From: Octopus sinensis
Taxonomy: Eukaryota
Reading direction: 5' to 3'
Length of the DNA stretch: 64,000 bases
Assembly (NCBI RefSeq): GCF_006345805.1
Contig: NC_043003.1
Span: forward strand, 11,408,001 to 11,472,000
The position numbers and the translations under genes are program-made. Under the pieces are notes generated by a model, which saw nothing but the letters and a program-made list of their open reading frames with translations, was not told where the DNA came from and did not search any database. This document shows positions 25,541 through 37,885 of the stretch, piece by piece; positions within the stretch are counted from its first letter, which is position 1; each line of letters opens with the position of its first letter.

Positions 25541-25817
25541 GTGAGCTTGGCAGTATCATTAGCACACTGGACGAAATGCTTGATGGCGTTTCGTTTTGAG
25601 TTCAACTGCTTTTCATCCTTTCTTGTCAATGAAATGAGTACCAGTTATACACTGGAGGATGGTTGGGGGCAATGTAATTTCAAGCTTTGTGCTTGTAGTA
25701 CCTTGTATTAGGAAAGCAATGATGTCCAGTCTTCAGTTATTTTGATGATCTTAGAGAAAATACATGACTTTTTGGATTGTCTTTCTTCAGACGCTAGACT
25801 GAATGATTCTAATATTT

Positions 25818-26228
25818 ATTTCTTTATTGCCCACAAGGGGCTAAACATAGAGGGGACAAACAAGGACAGACAAAAGGATTAAAGGGATTATACATTGACT
25901 CCAGTGCGTAACTGGTACTTATTTAATCGACCCTGAAAGGATGAAAGGCAAAGTCGACCTCGGCGGAATTTGAACTCAGATCATAGTGGCAGCCGAAATA
26001 CCTATTTCTTTACTACCCACAAGGGGTTAAACACAGAGAGGACAAACAAGGACAGACAAACGGATCAAGTCGATTATATCGACCCTAGTGCGTAACTGGT
26101 ACTTATTGACCCCGAAAGGATGAAAGGCAAAGTCGACCTCGGCGGAATTTGAACTCAGAATGTAATGGCAGGCAAAATACCACTAAGCATTTCGCCCAGT
26201 GGGCTAATGATTCTGCCAGATCGCCAAA
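25818..26228 (-). mobile_element. Two tandem Meta-type SINEs
   Basis: aaaggatgaaaggcaaagtcgacctcggcggaatttgaactcag occurs twice. Confidence 0.9.
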
Positions 26229-26974
26229 TAATTTTAATATTGCTTTTGACTGCAGCGAGGGTGGTGCTGGCAAGATTTTTGGTATGGCAATGGAATTTCT
26301 CCCAGCTTTACATTCTGAGCTCAAATGCTGCTGGGGCTGATTAAATAAATACCAGTTAAGCACAAGGTCGCTGTAATTGACTTACCCCCTCCCCTAAAGT
26401 TGCTGGCCTTGTGTCAAAATTTGAGACCACTTTTGACCACAGCTCATCATCCCCAAGCGTTTAGATGTTTCATCATAAAATTTCAGTTTCCAATGTTTAG
26501 CAGGAGTCTTGCAATGAGGTCGGAGAGAAAAGAATTGGACAATGGAAGTCTTCATTGTTACGAAGACTTGAAACGACATTGCTTTGCTGTTTGTCTCTTT
26601 ATCTGTGACAACATCTGTGAGTAGGATGGCTGTCCCGATGTTTGCCGTCTTTGGAATTAATCCCTGTCAGAAACATTAAATGAAGGTGTCATACTTTGCT
26701 GTATTGGAAATTAATAAAAGTGGCCACCAGTGAAGTAATTTAATGAAAAATAAAATAAGACCCAGACTTCTTGTGGTGCCATCAACAAAAGCAACCACTT
26801 ATCAAGTGAGAGAGAGATAGGTCTTTCAGCTTCTGTTGTTGATTTTGATATCAAATAAGTGATTTGATATTCATTCCTTTAGTATCTAAACCAGTAGGTG
26901 AAGGCGCCATGGCACAGTGGTTAGTGTTCAGCTCATAATCATAAGGTCATGAGTTCAATACCTGCCAGCACATT

Positions 26975-27315
26975 GTGCTCTGGAAATTGTAGTTGTGATA
27001 CCCGTGTCGGTGGCACATAAAAAGCACCATCTGAACGTGGCCGATGCCAGCGCTGCCTTGATTAGCTTCCATGCTGGTGGCATGTAAAAAGCACCAACTG
27101 ATCGTGGCCATTTCCAGCCTCCTGGCCCCTGTGCCGGTGGCATGTAAAAAGTACCCATTACACTCACAGAGTGGTTGGCATTAGGAAGGGCATCCAGCTG
27201 TAGAAACATTGCCAGATGCGATTGGAGCCTGGAGCAGCCTTCTGACTTCCCAGATCTCGGTCGAACTGTTCAATCCATGCTTTCATGGAAAACGGACGTT
27301 AAATGATGATGATGA
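26975..27315 (+). mobile_element. (GAT)n-tailed retroposon with triplicated GTGGCAYRTAAAAAGYACC module
   Basis: Modules at 27010, 27077 and 27137; tail ..ggacgttaaatgatgatgatga. Confidence 0.85.
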
Positions 27316-27540
27316 TTTTGCACCTGGCCATTCAGCTGGCAAAAGTGAGTAGTACCTGTATTTCAAAGGACCAGCCTTGTCACATTCACACACACATACA
27401 CTAATGGTGTTATTCAACCGTGTTGTTACCAAATCTCTACCCTCGGTTCTATGACATAAATTCCCTGTTTTAAAGTGTTTTAAATTAAAACCTTCCATCA
27501 AAATTTCATGTTAATTTATGTTCCAAACACCAACTTTTAA

Positions 27541-27875
27541 TCTGAGACCCCCTTAGGTTACGACACAGACCATGGGATTGCACCTAGAAAGTTACCCTTC
27601 CAGGCACAAGTCCGGGCAAGGTTGTTTGTGGAAAGCCAGCAGTTACCCATGCATACCAGCCTCCCCTCTCCATGCCACCGATTTTATCCAAAGGAAAGGC
27701 AAAGGGGCCGATACAGCTTGGCACCTGTGACGTCGCAACTCACTTCTACAGCTGAGTGAACTGGAGCAATGTGAAATAAAGAATCTTGCTCAAAAACACA
27801 ACATGGTCCGGGCTTTGAGCTCACAACCTCATGATCGTAAGCTCGATGCTCTAACCACTGAGCCATGTGCCTTCA
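27541..27875 (-). mobile_element. Second tRNA SINE inserted into a family-1-related MITE (~27450-27970)
   Basis: acaccaactt duplicated at 27527-27536 and 27875-27884 (10-bp TSD); host ends GGG|TTAA at 27968-27974. Confidence 0.8.
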
Positions 27876-28119
27876 CACCAACTTAATTATTTTACCAAAT
27901 TCTTCATTGTTTCCAAAATTAATTTAAGCAAAAGGCAAGGTGTCTCAATAGACATATGGTAATAAAAGGGTTAAATTTAATATAGACTTCATTAATTAAA
28001 TGCTTGATTTTGTTTTTTTTTAAAGTATCTGGGTAATTAATATACTTTTTGAATTCCAGTAGACAATAGACCAGTATGTGCATGTGTGTGGTGGATGATG
28101 ATGATAGAGATGATGATAA

Positions 28120-28890
28120 AAATGGTTTCAAATTTTGGCACAAAGCCAGCAAGTTTGGGGGAAGAGGAGTAAGTTGATTATATTGACCCCAGTACTTAAC
28201 TGGTACTTATGATGGAATTTGGACTCAGAACATGTAGACGGATGAAATACCGCTGCAAATGATCCTGCCAGCTCATCACTTAACAATAATGATAATAATA
28301 ATAATAATAATCCTTTCTACTGAAAACACAAGGCCTGAAATTTTGGGGGAGGGAGGGGGCTAGTCAATTACATTGACTCCAGTACTCAACTGGTACTTAA
28401 TTTATCGACCCCCTAAAGAATGAAAGGCAAAGTTGACCTCAGCAGAATTTGAACTTGAAACATAACGATGGACGAAATGCCAGTAATGGTTCTGCCAGCT
28501 CACTGCCATAATAATAATAATAATAATAATAATGATAATAATAATCCTTTCTACTAAAGGCACAATACCTGAAATTTTGGGGGAGGGGACCAGTCACTTG
28601 CATCGACCCCATTGCATAACAAGTACTTAATTTATTAACCCCAAAAGGACGAAAGGCAAAGTTGACTTTGGCGGAATTTTTCTACTAAAGTCACAAGGCC
28701 TAAAATTTTGGGGGAGGAGGACCAGTCGATTACATTGACACCATTGCATAACAGGTACTTAATTTATCGACCCCCAAAACGATGAAAAGCAAAGTCGACC
28801 TCAGCGGAATTTGAACTCAGGATGTAAGGACGGACAAAATGCTGTTGAGCATTTTGCCTGATGTGCTAACAATTTTACCAGCTCACCACC

Positions 28891-28924
<34 letters not shown>

Positions 28925-28930
28925 TGATGA
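28120..28930 (-). mobile_element. Cluster of four Meta-type SINE copies joined by (TAA)n
   Basis: cctttctact..aaattttggggga..ggtacttaatttatcgaccc blocks recur. Confidence 0.85.
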
Positions 28931-29809
28931 TAATAATGATAATAATAATAATTTTTCTATCTGCTTACCATCACAGTGTTGTTGTTCACTTATTCATTTT
29001 TGACTGTTTTGTTAATATACTTACCTACTTGGAGTGTTTATCCGAGCGGAAAAGAAGAGCTTTGGTACATTAATTATCAAAGACCATATTATTGCTTGTA
29101 CTATCTTAAGTTTTGTTCTTTTCCATAATGGTTGGTTACAGTCGGTCTAGCTCTAAACTTTTCACTGGGAATCATTATGTGATACACAGGTCCCACATTG
29201 TGTATGTGCAAGCATGTATATATGTCTGTATGCGCGTGCGTGTGTTGGTATGTGTGTGTATCTGCGTAAAATCTCGAGAGAATAAATATCAACAATAATA
29301 GTGGTGTTATTTCGTTAATGCATGCGTGAATACGATATATTTTTCCCCATGTCAAACCAGCTGGAGAAAGAGAGAAAGGCATTCAAGTGCATCGGTTTAT
29401 AAACCTTATTATTTAATGAAAGGAAAAATGAAGTCGGGAATCCTGTTATTTAACTATGCAATGACATACAAAACCATTGCTCATCTTGTCTTTGTAAAGC
29501 AGAACTTAATCAATGGAGCAGTTTGTCACACTCACTTATAATCATTTCCTGCCTTTTGGCACTTTTCTATTAGACTGGATTCTTCGTATTCCAGGCAAAG
29601 AAATGTGTTTTTAACTCTATGAGGAACATAGCTTCAGTTAAAAGGAAGTCTGCATGGAATTAAATGATTATTATTTGCTAGATCAGTCGTAATACAAGCA
29701 AATCTAAAAGCACCAACTTAGGTAATGTAACAGTTCTGATTTCTTGTATTGGTCGCAAGATTAACAAGTTTGGTTAATCAATTCCGGTAAATGATTGTTG
29801 TATCCTTAA

Positions 29810-30033
29810 CCCTTTAGCATTCAGATTACACTGTCAGATGTAAAGCCTGTTTAACTATTACCTCGTTTTAAATTAATTGTACAGCATCTTGTAACTCTGA
29901 GGTTTTGATGATGTCCCTGTTTATTTTTAGAATGACTTTGTAGGGTAGGTGGGAGAGGTCAGAGCTGGCTGGTTTGAGCATAAAGCAGGAAGACAATTTT
30001 GGCCTGATTATGGCTGGTTTAAGCACTAAAGGG
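29810..30033 (+). mobile_element. piggyBac-type MITE, family 2, nested in the Gypsy 3' LTR
   Basis: TTAA|CCCTTTAG..CTAAAGGG|TTAA; removing it restores TGTTGTATCCTTAAAATG, matching the other LTR's TGTTATAATCGTTGAAAATG. Confidence 0.9.
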
Positions 30034-30329
30034 TTAAAATGTTGGATTGGTATAACGCCCACTTTGGTATACAGTAAACTTAGAAAACCTATAAAGACAT
30101 GACTATCTCTGACTGCCTACTACCTACTCTCCCATACTGTCTCTCCTATTTATAGTGACTAACACATACCACTTGCACTGTGGGAGCGGTGTACCCTTAT
30201 TCCTATCATCCCTATAATATCTCCCTTTTAACTGTTTCTTAAGAAATGTCGTTTAATGGCAATAATTTTTTGATCACCCCCACCTCCCTTTTTAGAGTCT
30301 TTCTTATATATTATTAATTACACGTTTAA

Positions 30330-30780
30330 TATTTTTTCCACTTGGCATCTACTTTGAAGAACTCTGTACATTTTCTTTTCCTTTCACTTATATGTCTGGG
30401 TTCAATCACCTGTAGTGTCATCTGTACCTGGAATGTATCCTATAACCATTCCATTGGTTCCTCCAACCTCTTGGGTTTGATCTACATGAATCATTTTTTC
30501 AGTTGGTTCATGTGTCTCATATACACACCTTTTCTACTTTTCCCCCAGTACAGTATTTTCCTGATGCATTTTGTAATTACGCTATCTTCCCAGCTCTGTT
30601 TTTCATTCTTATATGCCCACATAAACACCTTTTTTACCAATTTTAAAGAATCTTGCTATGTTTTCAGTGTCACTTTTTCTCTTCTTGCTTGGTAGCAATT
30701 TATTGAAAACTGATTTTCCTTACCTCGCAAACATCAGCTCTGCAGGTGTTCTACCTGCTGGTAGATTTGTTGGCAAACCT
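30330..30780 (-). pseudogene. Gypsy integrase C-terminal remnant
   Basis: GRTPAELMFAR*GKSVFNKLLP..RFFKIGKKVF..WEDSVI..(frameshift)RHMNQLKK..EEPMEWL..ERKRK..KKY*; SPAELMF and RHxNQL are characteristic of invertebrate Gypsy integrase tails. Confidence 0.8.
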
Positions 30781-31239
30781 GCCAACAAATTTCCCATACT
30801 TTTACAATTTTCCATAAAATTCATATACCAACTTTGTGAGTTTATTAACTCCTCTGTAAATTTCTTAATTACTCCTCGTCTAATTTATTAATTCCTTTTG
30901 AGTTATTTAAAACCTTATCAAGTTTATTAATTCCTCATGCCCACTGTTATAATCGTTGAAAATGTTGGATTGCTATAACACCCACTTTAGTATAAAGTAT
31001 ACTTAGTAAAACCACATCTCTGACCGCCTACTACATACTCCCCTGTACAGGTTTGTACTCTCTTATTTATAGAGACCTTTTCATACCACTTGTCATGTGG
31101 GAGGGGGTGTACCATTATTCCTGTCATCCCTATAACAGATTGATACCTATTTTATGAACTTTGAAAGAGCGAAAATCAAAGCTGATCCCACTGAGATTCA
31201 AATTAGATGCAGCACTGATAACAGTAATCAGCAGCAGCA

Positions 31240-31625
31240 AGTGGTGGCACAATGGTCCAGTGGTTAGGGCAGCGGACTCGCGGTCAGAGGATCGCGGTTT
31301 CAAATCCCAGACTGGGTTTTGTGTGTGTTTATTGAGCGAAAACACCTAAAGCTCCACGAGGCTTAGGTAGGGGGTGGTGGCAACCCCTGTTGTATTCTTT
31401 CACCCCAATTTTCTCTCACTCTTTCTTCCTGTTTCTTGTCCCCGACTTCCTATGCAACCGCTGAGCCTGGGTGCGCATTCGTCCATCCGTTGATGCTCTC
31501 GGTGTCCTCCTTTCGGTTGACCTCCTTTCTCTTCTGCGGGTCTTACGAATAACAAAGGACCATGTTTCAGACTTCTCCCATCTTGTGAGCTCTGGGACGA
31601 AGACCGTTCGCTCAACAGCAACAGC
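31240..31625 (+). mobile_element. tRNA-derived SINE variant with a distinct CpG-rich tail ending (ACAGCA)n
   Basis: A box ggtccagtggttagg, B box ggtttcaaatccc, ttgagcgaaaacacctaaagctcc core. Confidence 0.65.
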
Positions 31626-31899
31626 AACAGCATAAGAATAGCTGATGATTCTAACAGCGAATAGTTGCTTAAGTGTGTGGTCATGTGCTTAGTTTCACAC
31701 TTTAGCATTTAGACTGGGTGATTACCAGCTCAGTCCTTGTTGCTCCACTCAGGTGAAGCACACAGGCTAAGGGTCAAAATGCTTGTGACTCTGAGATACC
31801 GGCTGACGATACAGAAAGGTTTCCAGCATTGCAATGTATTTAGAAAAGTTGGTGGTTTCTGTAGGAGGCAAAGCATCTCTGATATTCATTTCACCTCAC

Positions 31900-32100
31900 C
31901 AGACTAGTCATATCTGGCTCAAATATTCTGCCTGTTTATGTTAAAATTGGCCACATCCAGCCTCTCACACCTATCCTACAATGTCATTCTGAAAATAAGC
32001 AGTCACATCATGCAGCTGCAAGATTTCTATGATCAGTTCAAAACTGTGTGAATGGATTAGCATTTCGCTTGACAGCGTAATCAGAATGCTAAAGAGTTAG
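31900..32100 (-). mobile_element. Degenerate family-2 MITE
   Basis: ctctcacacctatcctacaatgtcattctg..gtaatcagaatgctaaagag. Confidence 0.7.
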
Positions 32101-32537
32101 TATTCGACATGGCTACAGTCTCACACAAATGTGTAAAATAATTGAGGATGTGAGCAGATGGTCACCCGAGAATGCAGTTATGTGGTTGGTTTAGTAACCA
32201 ACGTAGCTGCAGTCCCACAGATGTGGTACCTCTGATGTCAGGATCCATTATGAATGGGTTAGATAGATGACAGGAATTTTAATTAATGCTGAATGCATCA
32301 CAAAAGCTGCTTTGTTAGGGACAGCTACACACTATAGGAAGGGGCGTTATTTTGGAGGAGGATGTAGTGGGAACATTAAACAGGATTAACACTACATGTA
32401 GTAGAACCCCTCCCTCTCCTCTATGAAAAAAATTGCTTGTTGTAATTCATGCATAAAAAAGGCAATTATCTTTCATATGTCAGAACCTTATAACTATGAA
32501 AGGAACAAATCAAAATGATAACAATAAGTTTACTTAC

Positions 32538-32605
32538 TTTGGCTTGAGGCCCACACATCTGAAAGAGCATCACTGTGGTTGACTGAATATCTAGAAGTTG
32601 TGGTA
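32538..32605 (-). CDS. Candidate 68-nt internal exon
   Basis: Acceptor (t)13cctggtatcaag, donor CAAA|gtaagt; two frames open (PQLLDIQSTTVMLFQMCGPQAK or TTTSRYSVNHSDALSDVWASSQ). Confidence 0.45.
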
Positions 32606-33622
32606 CTTGATACCAGGAAAAAAAAAAAAAAGTTGACCTTGGTAAGGCTTGAATTCAGAATATAAATACAACTATGAGGTATTTCAAATGGCTGCGCCAC
32701 CAGTTTTTCAATCCCACCATGACCGATATCCAAACTACAGTGGAGAAGGCTAACCACTGGATTTGATTAAAAAGAGACGATGAACGATGGCGAGAAGAAT
32801 ATTGAGCTTTATTTAATAACCAGCTGATCTAGCAAGTGCACATTGATGCCATCGAGAGGTAGGCCCCAAAACAGCGCGCATTCTCTCCTGATGACCCCAT
32901 ACACATGCTGGCTTCCGGTATGCGGAGTTTTTGACTGGTAGCACTTGCATGTGCAAGTTGTTTGCAAGACATCTTCTACTAGTGTTAGCATCAGACTAAG
33001 ACTGGTTGTCATGCAGCGGTGTGAACAAACACACACACACACAAATATAGGTGTGTGTGTGTGCGCGTGCATGCATGTGCATAATCATCATCACCATAAA
33101 CGTTTGATGTCCACTTTCCATGCTGGCATGGGTTGGAGCAGCTTGACAGGAACTAGCAAGGCCAGGGTCCTGCACCAAGTTCCATGGTCTGTTTTGGTTT
33201 CATTTCTACAATTCGATGCCTTTAACGCCAACCACTCCACAGAGTGTACTGGGTGCCAGTCATTAAACTGTTGCTATGCTGGGGCACTGTCTTGAAGAAT
33301 TTTGGTGAAACAAATTGAAAACGAATGGTTTGCTTAACGAACAAATTGTATAGTGAATAGTTCTGAAGAAAATGATATTCAGCCAATGAGTTACAATTTG
33401 AGCTCCAAACCAAGAGTAGATTATGCAGACAGAAATGGTTGGGAGAACATTTACAAATGGTTCAATAACATCTATGTACACCTTTCATGTTTGCTTTCCA
33501 ACCCCATGGTTGTGGGTTCAGTCCCACACTGTGGCATGTCAGGCAAGTGTCTTCTACTATAACATCGGGCCTATCAAATCCTTGTGAGTGGATTTTGTAA
33601 ACGGAAACTGAAAGAAGCTCAT

Positions 33623-33662
<40 letters not shown>

Positions 33663-34486
33663 GCAAATGGAAGATGGAATATATGAGAATTTATTGCCAT
33701 GAACATAACGATCACTGTGAAAGTGACCGTGCTCTACCAGTAAACTACCAGGTGTAAACCATTCATTTTATATGTGGTTGGTGTTAGGATGGGCATCCAG
33801 CTGTAGGAACTTTGCCAGATCAGATTGGAGCCTGGTACAGCCTCCTGGTTTGCCAGTCCTCAAGCCGTCCAACCCATGCCAGCATGGAAAGTGGACGTTA
33901 AAAGACAACAATGATGGCGATGATGTATATATATATATATATATATATGCACAGCAGTCTATGCTGGGTTATATATGCAATGGCACGTACTCTGTGCAAC
34001 AGAAACACATTGGCCATTTTAACCAATTAATTATGCTGTGTAACCAGCTGTAAATTTTGAAGAAAAATCTGATGGTGTACCAGTCTCCATAGTTCATCAT
34101 TTTTAATGTTACGTGGAGAATAATTATATTCTACGTGTTTATGTGTATGCAATATAAAAAGAAAAAAAAATTTGAAGAATTTTCAAAGAATGAATGTTCA
34201 CATATCATAGTTCAACTAAAATTACGTTTGTGTCTGTAGTCTTCAGTTCAGCAACAAAGACCAATAGAACAGATACCATGCTTTACCAAAAAATAAGTTC
34301 TGGGGTTAATTCATTGGACTAAAATTCTTCAACCCAGTGCTCCAGCATGGCCACAGTCAAATGACTGAAACGAGTGAAAGATGAGACAGATAACAAAAGT
34401 GAAAAGGACGGAAGGGAACAGCGATAAACAAGGAGTCACGTGTTGCTTTGAGTCTTTTGTATAGAAAAATGTTTTAGTGTATTATT

Positions 34487-34832
34487 CTTTTATTCTTTTA
34501 CTTGTTTCAGTCATTTGACTGTGCCCATGCTGGAGCACCGCCTTTAGTCGAGCAAATTGATCCCAGGACTTATGCTTTGTAAGCCTAGTACTTATTCTAT
34601 CAGTCTCTTTTGCCAAACTGCAAGTTACGGGGGCGTAAACACCCCAGCATCTGTTGTCAAGCGGGGACAAACATATACACACGATGGGCTTCTTTCAGTT
34701 TCCATCTACCAAATCCACTCACAAGGCTTTGGTCGGCCTGAGGCTATAGTAGAAGACACTTGCCCAAAGTGACACGCAGTGGGACTGAACCCGTAACCAT
34801 GTGGTTGGTAAGCAACACAGCCACTCCTGCGC
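34487..34832 (-). mobile_element. CORE-type tRNA SINE, full length
   Basis: Complete family match. Confidence 0.9.
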
Positions 34833-35569
34833 CTTATTATATATACTTTTGAATTTTGTGGCTGAAAGAGGCTTTTTTTTTGTAGTAGAAAATAATAGTC
34901 ATATCTAACTGACCCGGATCTGGCTTTGCTGTGTGTGTGTATGTATGTATTTATTTGCATTGGTGGATGGACAGGTAACCCTAACCCTCATTTCACACCT
35001 TTCTGTGGAGTTTAGGTGCGGCTTGGAACAGATCACCGCTGTTATTTATATGTATTTCAATTACTCATGTAACGAATGATTTGTTTTAACGAACAAGGCC
35101 CCATTACTGATTCTGATCCTCCATAGTGAGACCCCTCTATTCTTATTTTATTACGCACATAAAACTCTCCCCTAATTTAATGTTGCTTAACCATAGCACA
35201 GAATAGAAATAAAACCAAAAATACTAATATTCAACCTTTTATTTATATTTTTATGCAGGTTATTAATTTTGTTTTTGTGTAAATGGTATTATTTAGTTAT
35301 TGATTTTTTTTTTACTTGTTTTATTATTCTGCTTTTTTATTTTTTTAAATATTTTTTCTGTTGCTTTTTTATGCTTTTGAAACCAAATACCAAGGCCTTG
35401 ACATTCCTTATATTTCAATGAACTTGTGACTTTCATTTATCAAATACCAACTGGTGGTGGTGGTCACTATGGTAGTTGTGATGGACAATAATGGAAAACT
35501 TGCTTTTTTTTCTTTCTTAATTATCTAATTGATTGACTTGGTCCTCATCAAGTGTGTGTGTGTGTGTGT

Positions 35570-35635
35570 GTGGTGTGTGTGTGTGTGTGTGTGGGCTCTT
35601 GTGGTACTGTTAATTATTTGGAGAGGCTATATATA

Positions 35636-35667
<32 letters not shown>

Positions 35668-35726
35668 AACCATGTTTGTATTCTACACTTATTATTGATT
35701 TGATAGCAAGCAAAACACTACGTATG

Positions 35727-35790
<64 letters not shown>

Positions 35791-36036
35791 CACGTTTATA
35801 TATATATATGTATATAAACAATGACTGAAACAAAAAGATTAAGAAGTAGGGGATGGGGGTAACTATTTCATTAGATAATTAATATGGCTATTTATATATA
35901 TATACATGCATGCGTGCACACACACACACAAATGTGTGTGTGTACTTGTATATGTATGTATATATATAGGGAGGGTCATTACACCAATAATACATACAAC
36001 AGCAATATATGTGTGTGTGTGTATATATATGAATGT

Positions 36037-36068
<32 letters not shown>

Positions 36069-36220
36069 TGTATGTATATATATATATATATATATGTATA
36101 TTGTATGTATTTGTATGTATATATATGTATATATATGTATATTGTATGTATTTGTATGTATATATATTTATGTATATGTAAACATATGTATATATATGTG
36201 TGTATCTATATGTATGTATC
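35570..36220. repeat. Compound TG/TA/TCTG microsatellites
   Basis: Simple repeats. Confidence 0.9.
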
Positions 36221-36415
36221 TCTATGTAATATTCTTTCTCTTCTCTCCTTCAGACTTTGGAAGACTTTATATCACGAAATTGGAATTGTTCCATGGAACT
36301 GTCATTGTGAGCTTATGAAAGGTCAGTTACTCTTACTACACATATTCTTTTTTTTTTTGTCTCTTCTATATACTTTTTTAATATTTTTGTTTTTGCTCTT
36401 AATTTATAAAAACCT

Positions 36416-36451
<36 letters not shown>

Positions 36452-37573
36452 TTCCATTATTCACATGCTCAAAATTTTTGCATTTTCCACATATTCAGTG
36501 TCTTTCCAGACATATTTACACATCAATATAGATACGTACCTATACGATACAGACTTTTATGTAATCACGTGCTCACAGTTTATCCACATGCTATCAGCCG
36601 CAGGTGTGGCTGTGAGGTAAGACACTTGCTTCACCACCAAACGGTTTCAAGTTCAGTCCCACTGCATGGTACCTTGGGCAAGTGTCTTCTACTACAGCCT
36701 CAGGCCCACTAAAACCCTGAGAGTGGATTTGGTAGATGGAAACTGGAAGAAGCCCATTGTGTGTGTAATATATATATATTTATATATATATATAATATAT
36801 ATATACATATTTTTTAACTTTTCCTTTTTTTTTTGTCATTGGACTTTGGCCATGCTGGGGCACCACCTTGAAGGGTTTTGTTGAGCAAATCAACCCTATT
36901 GCTTATGTTTTTTTTTTTTCAAGTCTGGTACTTGTTCTCTGCCTTTTTTTGCAAGACCACAAAGTTATAAGAATGTAAACAAACCAACACCTGTTGTCAA
37001 GCAGTGGTTGGGGACAAACACACGCACACAGTAGGTTTCCACACAGTTTCCATCTACCAAGTTAACTCAATGCTTGATAAAATAAATACCAGTTGAACAC
37101 TGAGGTTGATGTAATCAATTAACCCTACCTCCTCCTAAAATTGCTGATCTGGTAACAAAATTTGAAACTATAATAATAATTTTTATTATTATTAATATTG
37201 GTTTCTAATTTTGGCATAAAGCTTGGGGAGCCCTGACTGTGGTCGATCCCCCTGAGTGGGCTTTTGCGCAACTCAGAATGAGCCACTGACATCTCAAGCC
37301 CTGGCTGCACGGCGGCCAGGGGTTCGGTTTCGGTATGTTTGGTTACCCTCGTATGGGAGGGACCTATGTTTGGTTATCCTCTTATGGGAGTGACCCTAAG
37401 GTAATGTCAATGTAACTGTAATTTGAACTAGAACATAAAGACAAACAAAGTGCCACTAGACATACCGTCCAGCATGTTAACAAATCTGCCAACTTGTCAT
37501 CTTATAATAATAATAATAATATAATAATAATAATGATAATTATTATTATTGTTGTTATTACTGCTTCGATTGG

Positions 37574-37885
37574 AAGGTGCAAGACTCAGTGGTTAGAACA
37601 TCGAGCTTACGATTGTGAAGTTGTGAGTTCGATTCTCAGAGCAGGCTATGGTGTGTTCTTGAGCAAGACACTTTATTTCACATTGCTCCAGTTCACTCAA
37701 CTGTAGAAATGAGTTGCTACGTAACTGGTGCCAAGCTGTATCAGCCTTGGATAACATCCATGGCAAAGAAAGGCGAGGCTGGTATGCATGGGTGACTGCT
37801 GGTCATTCCATAAACAACTATGCCCAGACTTGTGCCACAGAGGGGAACTTTCTAGGTGCAGCCCCATGACTGAAAGGGGTCTTTG
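37574..37885 (+). mobile_element. Second tRNA SINE family, long variant
   Basis: gactcagtggttagaacatcgagcttacgat head, gagttcgattc B box. Confidence 0.85.

Larger units (their letters stand above)
29796..31137 (-). mobile_element. Internally deleted Gypsy LTR retrotransposon (TRIM-like)
   Basis: Direct repeats 30945-31137 (TGTTATA..TATAACA) and 29796-30219 (interrupted by a MITE); PPT AAAAGGGAGA abuts the 3' LTR; PBS-like GTGGGCATGAGG after the 5' LTR; integrase C-terminal remnant inside. Confidence 0.8.

Noticed and set aside
31800-31830. CTGACGA-TACA-GAAA
   Set aside because: No stem II and no valid stem I.
34975-34990. Telomere-like taaccctaaccc
   Set aside because: Only two units.
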